Assembly: GCF_004010195.1 (NCBI RefSeq)
Contig: NC_057754.1
Coordinates: 217,012-281,011 of the forward strand
Direction: 5' to 3'
From: Chiloscyllium plagiosum
Lineage: Eukaryota
DNA length: 64,000 bases
The notes below the pieces were generated by a model. It saw nothing but the letters and a program-made list of their open reading frames with translations, made no database searches and was not told the origin of the DNA. This document shows, piece by piece, positions 1-10,500 of this stretch. How positions within the stretch are numbered: the first letter of the stretch is position 1; each line of letters opens with the position of its first letter. Made by a program: the position numbers and the translations under genes.

Positions 1-125
1 TGGGGGTGATGGTGGAAAGGCGCGGGCCGGTTTGTGGGGGCGATGGTGGAAAGGCACAGGATGGTTTGTGGTTTGTGGGGGTGATGGTGGAAAGGCGCGG
101 GACGGTTTGTGGGTTGTAGGGGCGA
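1..125. repeat. G-rich ~34-41 bp tandem repeat (GGGGTGATGGTGGAAAGGCGCGGG...GGTTTGT), ~3 units
   Basis: Three visible copies at the window edge. Confidence 0.8.
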
Positions 126-2827
126 CGGGATGAGGGGGAAATGTATGAAACGTTTGGAATTTGGAAATTAATGTGTGTGGGGGGCTACTGGGGTGAGAGT
201 GGGAACTAGAGGGCGGCAGGGACTGATGGCAATACTCTTTGGGAAGAGGATGGGTGGATTTGGTCTTGGGAGGTACTTGGTGTGGAATGGGGTGCAGTTT
301 GTGGAAAGTTCAAGGAGGATCGGGTTCAGCTTTTCCTTTGGCGAGTTGATAGATATGTTGTAGTTGAAGTGAGCAGGCTCAAGTTGGATGCGTGATGTGG
401 AATTTCCCAGATTTAATTTTTGCACCAATTCTGGAACTGCTGAAGTTGGGAGATTGTCATGAACCAAGCAAGATTCCTGAGACCTTCATTTGGAGGTTAT
501 GGAATTTAGGCAGGTAATGGGAAAAGGTGGAAGGGGTATATGGGAGATTTGGGAAGAGATTGGATGGGACCGAATGCTCAGCAGGAACCTGGTGATGGGT
601 TCTTCTGGTTCCAGTGTTCTGTGTGTGAGATTGAGACTGAGTCCGTGCTATGAGAGATGACAGTAACCTGACTATATCCTTAGAGAACACCCTTTGCAGG
701 AATGACTTGCACAGAGCAGGAGGAGGCCAGGAAACCCCTCAAACCTGTTCTGCCATTTAATTCAATCTTGGCTGAGTTGGTGATGGCAGCTTGTGCTGAG
801 ATGGGAAGGCATGTGGCTAATTGAGTTGTCAGCTATATCTTTAAACCTCTTCACTCTTACTTCCCACATCTGATCCTTTCTCAGTGAGTTAAAACTCTCT
901 TCCATCTCCTAACTGAGAGCTGATTATTGTTGCTTGCTGGATTCCATCAAAAAATATGTTAATTGTCCCTGGTAAGTAATAATTAATCTGGTTTGATTGC
1001 CACCCTCATAAAATTTACCTTTCTTGAAGAACCTTGTTCAGGAGGGCAGACTGCAGGCACTCCTTTTGTGGATTGTGTGTGAGAGAGTTAACTACGTCCT
1101 GTGGGATCTACATTTCACTGAAGTCCAGAAGTCTTTGCTGATTGTGAGTCAGGAGGATGTTGGAGAAGAGGCTCCGAGGGCAGTGACTGGAGTTTGGTAG
1201 CTTTTTGTTTGGATTGAAGCCAATAGAGTTTCTTTTTAATTTTGAACTAACCTGTGTACAAAGATGATGTATTTTAAGTCTTTTCAGCCAATCGGGTTCA
1301 CGTTCAAATTCTAAAGTGTGCCTTCTATGATATTAACTGGCAGATATCCTGTGGGGTTGCTCATGGTAAGTCAGATCCTGAGAGTGGAATATTACTATCT
1401 GTGTTGGAAGTGAGGTTGCTCAGGCCAGTTGCTGGCGATAGTATTTTGGTTCTCCTGTTTTAATATTGTGAATGATTTGCTTTCTAGTTTGATACCAGAT
1501 TTCATCTAGATGGGTATGATGGACCATGTTGTCAGTCAGAACTCTTCAGTACCCCTCTCAGTGCTACCACCTTCAGTGCTGCGCTGAAATATCACACTGG
1601 ATTAGGTACTTGAGTCTGTGGTGGGACTTGATCTCGTAGATAAGTGTCAGCAAGTGATTCAGCTTTAGACCAGACCCTGCCTTTGCTTTGCATTGTCAAA
1701 AGTAGTGAGGTATAAAACTGAGCCCAACTCCTTTGGTGGAGCTGATGTAAAAGGTGATGTGGAGATATGTTGAAGAAGAATGGGGAAGAGCTCTCCCCAG
1801 TGTTCTGAGGCTAATATTTATCCATCGATCAACATCATTAAAAATAGATCATCTGGGTCATTCTCACATTGTCTTGGTTATCCACAAAACAATCACACTT
1901 GTACAATGTCCTCAGTTGGTTATAAAGCGAGGAGATGTCCAGTCTCTGGTTGTGAAAAGCATTATAAAAATGCAATTCTTCGAAAGTGTAGTGGGGAATG
2001 CCAAATAAAAAATAATTTTTCTGCTCGTACATTCCGGATGCAGCTAAAGGCATTTTAACTATCTTCTGGCATTTTAGTGGTGTTCAGTAATATTGATTTA
2101 CACTATTTTATACTGGAACCCAAATGTAATACACCTTTCCTGTCATCTTGCTGATTTACAAATGGCAGAAGTAGTTCATGATGAAATCAACGCGAGAAAA
2201 TTCTACCAGATCTCTTGAAGGTCACAGAATCCAATTGTTATGTAAACAGACGCTGAGCCTGCTCTGTGATAGGTTAGCTATCAGTTTGAAATATGCTGTG
2301 TTACAGGCTGCAGCTCAGAAACAACAAGCAACAGAGATGTGTTTAACACTATTTTGTAAAATATCCCTCTTAAGATCTTTGCGCTCTTCCAATTATTGCC
2401 TTTTGCACATTCCATGATTCCCAATGTTCCATCATTGCCTTCAACTGCTTGGGCCCTAAATTGTGGAATTCTTTCTCTAAACATCTCCTCCCCTTTCCTT
2501 TCAGCGTATTCCCTTTGACCAAGGATTTGGTCATCTATCCTAATACCTGTACCACACAATACAGTATTTGACTATGCTTTTGTGAAATGCTTTGGAGCAT
2601 GTTAATATGCTAATGATGCCTTGTAAACACAGTTCTTAATGTTGTAGTGACGTCCTTATAATGGTACTGGTTCAAGTTTTAATGTGCCTGCCCTCATTCT
2701 GGGGTGGTCTGTGCAATAACTGTTAATGACTGGGGGTTGACTGCAAGCTGTTTGCAACCTTCAGTCATTTTATATTGGAATACTGTTGTGATCCACTAGG
2801 TAAAGTGCATGGTTCTTGAGTCCCACT

Positions 2828-3656
2828 GTTCGTGGTGTCACTGTAGAAGTTAATGATCTAATCAAAGTACGCAAAGTCCCTAATTTACCAATCTAATGGA
2901 ATAAGTTAACAGGAAAAACTGACTAGCTTTGTGAACAAAACCATGAACTATCAACATATAATTTTACTAATTGATACTCTAACCCCGCCGTCTTTTAAAC
3001 TTCTACACTCTCTCAGACAAAAACATGTGTTATGGTAGAGGGAAGAAAACTGGAGGAACACAGTTCAACCTGTACCTGGCCACAAGATTCGATGAGATTT
3101 CCTTTTGCTTTCCAAGATCTTCTGTTCTTCAGTCTTACTCCAGATATGCCACTTCACAGCATCTATGGAGCAATCAGAACGCTAATTATAAAATTTCTTC
3201 ATTACTGGTTAAAGGGAACAGCTTACAGCACCGAGTGAGAGAACATAACTGGCTTTCTTCAGACTTCAGATACTGTAGAGAGAGAGACGCATTTGCTGCT
3301 ATTCCAGCAATCTAAGGTCTTCTCTGATTGTAACTTTCATACCCAAAGCTGTTCAGCTGTTTAGGAGCCGATCAGAGAGTTGTCAGCAGGCTGATAGCCT
3401 TTGGCATCCATTATTGGTCACAATTGCACAAACCTATCAGCTACCTATTGCCAGCCAAACCTCTCCCTGGTGCCGTGCTTCTTATCTCACCTTTCCGCAC
3501 GGCTTGCAAATCAACGGTGTAAACAAAACCTCAATGCGTTTCAGTAACTTGTATTCTAAAGTGCGGCAGTTCCTTTCCTTTATTTTTAAACAGCCCTTTT
3601 CCCATTTCAGTTCACAATTAAAAATAAAGGAAAATAAAAAGATGTAGTTTTTACAA
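2828..3656. mobile_element. Possible solo LTR-like element
   Basis: TG...CA-like bounds and LTR-like composition only; no coding remnant or TSD confirmed. Confidence 0.35.
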
Positions 3657-5091
3657 TGCTAAGCAGGAGTCATAAGAATTATATTTCTAGATGAAACTCC
3701 TAGCAAGTTAGAGCTGCAGCCAGTGCTGGACATAGTGGCCCAGGCTAATGTTCTGGGGGCATGGGTTCAAAACACAACATGAAATTTAAATGCAATTAAT
3801 GTGAAAAGAAATGTGGAATTGAAAACTATACTCTGAAATAATTGTTATTGCTGTGATCAACGGGTTGGACCGAAGGGTCTGTTTCCATGCTGTACATCTC
3901 TATGACTCTATAATAAATGTCCTTTCGGGTTGGAAAACTGCCATCTTTTCCTAGCCTGACTCCAGATCCAGAGCAATGTAGTTGACTCTTAACTGCTGTC
4001 TGAAATGACCATGTAAGTCACAGTTTAAGCGGAATTATGAACAGGCAACAAATGCTGACCTTGCCAGTGACACCCACATGCCATGAGGGTCCCAGGTTTC
4101 AAAGATATTTCTGCCACGTTCATGTGCTTTCTGGCTTGATTTGATTTATTGTGGTGAAAGATAGGGAGACAGTGAACATAGTGGATGTGGGTATTTCTGG
4201 GTGATTTTAAGGCCATACGTTGAGTTCACAAAGCACACTAAGTGGAAGAGTGGAGATGGAGAGAAATTGATGGCAAGTGTGTGCTAATTTGGATGGCTGG
4301 ATGGCTATCTTTAAAAAAAATGAATGTGCCACAGCTTGTCTCTATGTTCTGTGTGAGCTCATCTACACCGTTTGTGTTTTAAAAAAAATACAAAAGTCAT
4401 GTGTGAGGGTTTCATGCTGCACTTTTGCCTCCTGCAGTTGTCAGGTGCTCAAGTACCTACATACCAGAATCAGCCTTCCCTAGTGACTCCCATCTCCAAG
4501 ATGTACATCATCTGGCTTGTGGGCTTTATGTGAGTGCATCTACTGTGTTGTTGCTGCTGTGGAGTCAAACATTTGGTCAGTGCATGCTTGAGTGGATTGC
4601 ATAGGAAATAGTGAGATAGTTTCACGTCCTTAAGTATTTTATGCATACTCTTTCCAAATGGAGGTCTTTCAAGTTCTGACAACTGTCTACTCTCCAAACC
4701 TCAGACAATTCCATGAAACCTAACTGACCTTGATCAAGTTGCTGTTTGATTGAGAGAGCCTGGGCAATTATCTCTATGTTGAATTGAAGAGAGTGCACCT
4801 AGTTGAAGCCAATCCTCCTCTTTCCATGTTCCTGGACAGCAGGTGAATATACTTAAGGCACTGATTAGATATCAACTGGAGTATTGTGTATAGTTCTGGT
4901 TGCCATGGTGATGCTTCAGTGAGAGACCAAGGAAAGGTTATCAGAATGGTTCCAGCAATGAGAAACTTCAGGGAGTGATATGTTGCATTTTTGACCCCTG
5001 CTTGATGTCTGTGTATGGTCTTGCCACTTTGAAAGAATCAATGCAAAAAAGGAATTCGAACACATTCCTCAAGTATGGGATTAAGAATGGT

Positions 5092-5285
5092 AACAAAAAC
5101 AGAAATTGCTGGAAAAGATCAGCAAGCCTGGCAGCATCTGTGGAGAGAAATCAGAGCTAACGTTTTGGGTCAAGTGACCCTTCCTCAGAACCCCTTGAGT
5201 TCTGAGGAAGGATCACTTGATCCAAAGCATTAACTTTGATTTCTTTCCACAGATGCTGCCAAACCTACTGATCATTTCCAGCAAT
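5092..5285. mobile_element. Fold-back Penelope-derived element (second subfamily), truncated by the assembly gap
   Basis: Arms attgctggaaaagatcag...cccttcctcagaac and gttctgaggaaggatc...tttccagcaat. Each arm has a decayed CTGAGGA...AAAC HHR-like core. Confidence 0.7.
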
Positions 5286-5785
5286 NNNNNNNNNNNNNNN
5301 NNNNNNNNNNNNNNNNNNNNNNNNNNNNNNNNNNNNNNNNNNNNNNNNNNNNNNNNNNNNNNNNNNNNNNNNNNNNNNNNNNNNNNNNNNNNNNNNNNNN
5401 NNNNNNNNNNNNNNNNNNNNNNNNNNNNNNNNNNNNNNNNNNNNNNNNNNNNNNNNNNNNNNNNNNNNNNNNNNNNNNNNNNNNNNNNNNNNNNNNNNNN
5501 NNNNNNNNNNNNNNNNNNNNNNNNNNNNNNNNNNNNNNNNNNNNNNNNNNNNNNNNNNNNNNNNNNNNNNNNNNNNNNNNNNNNNNNNNNNNNNNNNNNN
5601 NNNNNNNNNNNNNNNNNNNNNNNNNNNNNNNNNNNNNNNNNNNNNNNNNNNNNNNNNNNNNNNNNNNNNNNNNNNNNNNNNNNNNNNNNNNNNNNNNNNN
5701 NNNNNNNNNNNNNNNNNNNNNNNNNNNNNNNNNNNNNNNNNNNNNNNNNNNNNNNNNNNNNNNNNNNNNNNNNNNNNNNNNNNNN
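5286..5785. other. Assembly gap (500 N)
   Basis: N run. Confidence 1.
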
Positions 5786-6978
5786 ATGTACTGTTATGGG
5801 GCAATAAAGATTTAATCTTCTGAAAGAATGGTGAGGATCAAGAAGAAAACTGAACACAGGTCTGAACTTTCAACCTGCGGCTACATGTTTTGAGAGCAAT
5901 GAGTCAGGTATGTATCATACAATCAGCAACTAAACTGTGAAAGAGTTACACAAACAAATCTTCCCCCAACCTCTGTCATGTTCAAAGGATTCCTGAGTGG
6001 GGGAATGTGGTACATGAGAGGTGGAGGCTAATGCTTTGTACCCAGGGAGAGTTTTACCATTGCAGACAGTTCACAGGAGGTTTACTACATCGATATCTGG
6101 AAAAAGTGGGCTGTCTTAAGGACAAAAGTTTGGATAGATTGGACTAGATCTAGAGAGAGCTGTTTAAAAATTAACTACCTTTTCAGGATGAAGCTAAGAA
6201 GAATTTTAATGTCTCAGAGGGTTGTCTGATTTTGGAACTCTGCCTCAGAAGGCAAATGAGGTGGGGTCACTGAACATTTAAGATGGAAGAGGATTGAAAC
6301 TATTTAGGCTGGGGAATCAAGTGCAGAGGTGTGTAGATGGGAGTGCAGAACTCCAATGCGAACATGCCAGCTATCAACTCCACAAACAGTGGAGCAGGAT
6401 CAAGGAGCTGAATGGCCTCTGCCTGTTCCTAATTGGTATGCTCATATCCCTGCTGTTCTGAGGGAAGGTTACCCCTTCAAGGCGAGGATCAATTGTATGC
6501 CAGCACTTACCACCATATTACATCTTGACATGATCAAGGCTGTATACTTGAATTGGAAATGATTAATTCAAGAGGGGAGAATCTCAGTTGCTTCCCCAAA
6601 CCCGGGAAGTATTTGCTTAGCCATGGTGTGAGGTGGGCTGGAGCAAGTTGTAGGGCTGACATTTTCCAACTTAGGCTCTGGAATCCATAGATTGGGAGAG
6701 TTGGAGGATAGAGGTGATCTCATTGAAAGTTACAAAATACTGAAAGGGGTGGACAGGGAAGATGCAGATCAGTTGTTTCCACAGATTGGGATGGGTTAGG
6801 GTTAGGGTCAGGAAGGGTCAAAGTGAGAAAGGATGGAACACGACAAAAACAGCTGGGTCTGAATGAGGAGACGCTCAACACATAGAACCTCCACATAGAA
6901 CAGCCCATTAACAGTCTCATAGTAGATCCAGCCAGTTCCCCACAGACTGAAGGTCAGCTTGAAGAAGCAAACTCTTAC

Positions 6979-7027
6979 CTATATTAGGATGATTTAGAAT
7001 CTTCATTATTCGCACTTCACGAAATAA
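6979..7027 (-). CDS. MARK2: MARK2 coding exon 4, 49 bp: LFREVRIMKILNHPNI plus 1 nt
   Basis: Reverse complement reads ttctcttctag|TTATTTCGTGAAGTGCGAATAATGAAGATTCTAAATCATCCTAATATAG|gtaag. It continues exon 3 in frame (alphaC Glu, HPNI). Not in the ORF track. Confidence 0.92.
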
Positions 7028-7236
7028 CTAGAAGAGAACAAACAAAATGACAATTCAGTCAGCATAACCTGACATCTTACATTACACAAAGAATCTACAT
7101 GTGAGTTTATAAAACTTTAACCCTGTAGTCAAAGATTCAACCAGTTTGTCCCTATGTGTCTGTGTCACTTTTCCCATTAGGGATCTCAATATCTATTTTA
7201 AAATAAGGGACAACATAGACACAAAATAGGAAACCC

Positions 7237-7452
7237 TGGGACAAACCATTCCAATCCCGGGAAACACACAGGGACAAACGGATCCAATCCCGGAGAACAC
7301 ACAGGACAAACCGATCCAATCCCAGGGAACACACAGGAACAAACCGATCCAATTCCGGGAAACACACAGGGACAAACCGATCCAATCCCAGGGAACACAG
7401 GGACAAACCGATCCAATCCCGGGGAACACACAGAGACAAACTAATCCAATCC
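7237..7452. repeat. ~33-bp minisatellite GGGACAAACCGATCCAATCCCGGGAAACACACA, ~6.5 units
   Basis: Direct tandem copies, ~210 bp from the exon 4 acceptor. Confidence 0.9.
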
Positions 7453-8021
7453 TCAGTGACCATAAAGGCAACTATAGCGACAGTGCAGACACTAACTAAT
7501 ATTAGCCAAGTGATCATAAAGAAAGCTAACTAATCTCAGCTAGGTGACTGTACAAACACATAACCATTCTCAGCCCGTCACTGAAATTCTGCCAACAACC
7601 TGAAAAGAGACTGCGCCCGAGATGTAACTAAACAATGTTGTATATGAATTTCAGTGCTGGTGTAACACCAAGTTAGTAGGCCAGCTCTCAGATTGAATCA
7701 AGTATACAAACATAGAAGATAAGAGCAGGAGTGGGCCAATTGGCCTCTCAAACCAGCTCATCCATTCAATATGATCATTGAGCTCGATACTGTAATCCCA
7801 CCCTTCCCCTATATCCATAGATCCCCTCAGCCACAAGAGCTAATTTTATCTCCTTCTTGAAAACACACTATGCTTTCGCCTCAACCAGTTTCAGTGGTAG
7901 TGAATTTTATAGGCCCACCATTCTCTGAGTGAAGAAATTTCTCCTCATCTCAGTGCTAAAAATTTACCCCTTATCTTTCAACTATGACCATGTTTCTGAA
8001 CTTTGCCACTGCTTATCCACA

Positions 8022-8246
8022 AGGTAAAAACAATGACTGCAGATGCTGGAAACCAGAGTCTAGATTAGAAAGGTGCTGGAAGAGCACAGCAGTTCAGGCA
8101 GCATCCGAGGAGCAGTGAAATCGACGTTTCGGGCAAAAGCCCTTCATCAGGAATACAGGCAGAGAGCCTGAAGGGTGGAGAGATAAGTGAGAGGAGGGTG
8201 GGGTTGGGGAGAAAGTAGCATAGAATACAATAGGTGAGTGGGGGAA
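8022..8246 (-). mobile_element. Penelope-like 3' terminal fragment with a minimal hammerhead ribozyme motif
   Basis: Same family as the 27134, 48524, 52110 and 63534 inserts; contains the HHR core at 8119-8154. Confidence 0.75.
8119..8154 (-). ncRNA. Minimal type I hammerhead ribozyme motif (PLE-associated)
   Basis: Minus strand reads ATTC-CTGATGA-A-GGGC-TTTT-GCCC-GAAAC-GTC-GATT. It has the CUGANGA and GAAA boxes, a perfect 4-bp helix II, palindromic ACGU in place of helix III and a GUC triplet. Activity is untested. Confidence 0.7.
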
Positions 8247-9270
8247 GTCAAATTTGCCAGCACTTGGCCCATATTCCTCTAAACCTTTCCTAAACATATA
8301 CCCATCCAAATGCCTTTTAAATTCTGTAACTGTACCAGCCTCCACCACTTCCTCTGGCAGCTCATTCCATACAGGCACCACCCTCTACGTGAAAAGATTG
8401 CCCCTTAGTTCCCTTTTATATCTTTCCCCTTTTACCTTGAACCTATACCCTCTAGTTCTGGACTCCCCCAACCCAGGGAAAAGCCCTTGTCTCTTTACCC
8501 TATCCAAGCCCCTCATGATTTTATAAACCTCTATAAGGTCACCTCTCAGCCTTCAACGCTCCAGGGAAAACAGCCCCAGCCTGTTCAGCCTCAAATCCTC
8601 CAACCCCTGGCAACATCCTTGTAAATCTTTTCTGAACCCTTGCAAGTTTCACAACATCCTTCCGATAGGAAGGAGACCAGAACTGCACACAATATTCCAA
8701 CAGTGGCCTAACCAATGTCCTGTACAGCCGCAACATGACATCCCAACTCTGATAATGCTCTAACCAATAAAGGAAAGTATCCCAAACACCTTCTCCACTA
8801 TCCTATCTATCTGTATCTCTACTTTCACAGAACTATGAACCTGCACTCTAAGGTCTCTTTGTTCAGCAACACTTCATAGGATCTTACCATTAAGTCCTGC
8901 TCTGATTTGCTTTTCCAAAATGCAGCACCTCACATTTATCTAAATTAAACTCCTAAACTATCTAATTATCTAAATTAAAATCTTGATAAAGAGTTCTATC
9001 ACATTGTGGTCGTTCATTCCCAAGGGGCCTCTCACAATCACATTACCAATTATTCCTTTCTCATTGTATAATACCCAGTCTAAGAATGGCCTGTCTCTCA
9101 TTGGTTGTTCAACATATTGGTCCAGAAAACCATCCCATATACATGCTAAGAATTCCTCCTCTATAGAATTGTGACTAAGTTGATTCACCTAATTTATTTT
9201 CAGATTAAAGTCACCCATAATTATAGATGTCCTTTTACCACATACATCTCCGATTTCCCGTTTAAGCTCA
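8247..9270 (-). mobile_element. CR1 LINE fragments
   Basis: LYRTLVRPLLEYCVQFWSP and VWNELPEEVVEAG; the 8970-9190 part resembles the CR1 endonuclease region (FLDQYVEQP..., LDWVL). Confidence 0.85.
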
Positions 9271-9544
9271 TGTTCTTTCAATTTTTCATCATTTAAGAGT
9301 ACTACTGACAATACTCATTAAGTCTGTATATTCAAATCCCAAAACAAACCACTGACAGTTAGATGTGATTCTACAATTGGGCAGCACTTGCTGAACTATT
9401 CTGAGCACTGCACATTTTTTGCAGCTTGGAGAATCAGCCAGAGTCAACTTGCCAACCAAGTTGCCTTTTCTCCCTATAGCAGCAATTCATGTAATTGTCT
9501 GAAATTTGGCATTCTTGATTTGTCCTTCTGAGTACAAGACAAAT

Positions 9545-10500
9545 GCTGGAGTTCCTCAGGGTAGTGTCCTAGGCCCAACCATCTTCAGCTCTTTACCAAT
9601 GACCTTCCCTCCACCAAAAGATCAAAAGTGGGAATATTCGCTGATGATTGCATAATGTTCAGCACCATTTGTGACTCCTCAGATACTGAAGTGGTCCATG
9701 TTCAAGTGCAACAAGGTCTAGACAATATCAGGTCTAGGCTGACAAGTGGCAAGTAACATTCATGCCACACAAATGCCACACTATGACAATCATTAATAAC
9801 AGACACTCTAACCACCACCCCTTGACAGTGGTGTTAATATCATCAAATCTCCATTATCAATATCCTGGGGGTTACCATTGACCAGAAAATGAACTGGACT
9901 CACCACATAAACACATGCTACAAGAGCAGAGCAGAGGCGAGGAATACTGAAGCAAGTAACTCACCTCCTGATTTCCCAAAGCCTGTCCATTATCTATATG
10001 GCACAAGTCAGGAGTGTGATGGAATAATCTCCATTTGCCTGGATTAGCGCAGCTCCAACTACACACAAGAACAAAGCAGCCCCTGCTCGATTGGCACCAC
10101 ATTCACAAACACCTACTCCCACCACCACGGATACTCAGTAGGGACAGTATATACAGTATATACCACCTACAAGATGTACTGCAAAAATTCACCAAAGACC
10201 CTCAGACAGCACCTTCCAAACCCACAACACTTCCATCTAGAAGGACAAGTGCAGCAGATACATTAGAAGACCATCACCTACAAGTTCCCTTTCAAGCCAC
10301 TCACCATCCTGACTTAGAAATAAATCATCATTCCTTCAGTGGAAATCCTAGAATTCTCTCCTTAAGGGCAATGGGCGTCAACCCACAGCACATGGACTGC
10401 TGTGGTTCAAGAAGGCAGCTCACCACTACCTTCGCAAGGACAATTATGGATGGGCAATAAATGCTGGCCAGCCAGCGAAGCCACAAATGAATGAAAAAAA
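9545..10500 (+). mobile_element. L2/CR1-group LINE RT and 3' fragment (related pieces at ~17130-17420, 33400-33900 and 51750-52040)
   Basis: GVPQGSVLGPTIFS...NDLPS...IFADDC; WQVTFMPHKC; 3' end gggcaataaatgctggcc plus an A-rich tail. Confidence 0.75.

Noticed and set aside
2162..2218. Short frame MAEVVHDEINARKFYQIS, vaguely like MARK EARAKFRQI
   Set aside because: Similarity is weak, there is an immediate stop and no matching splice sites.
5213..5857. ORFs spanning N runs (also 17999-19269)
   Set aside because: Artefacts of translating assembly gaps.
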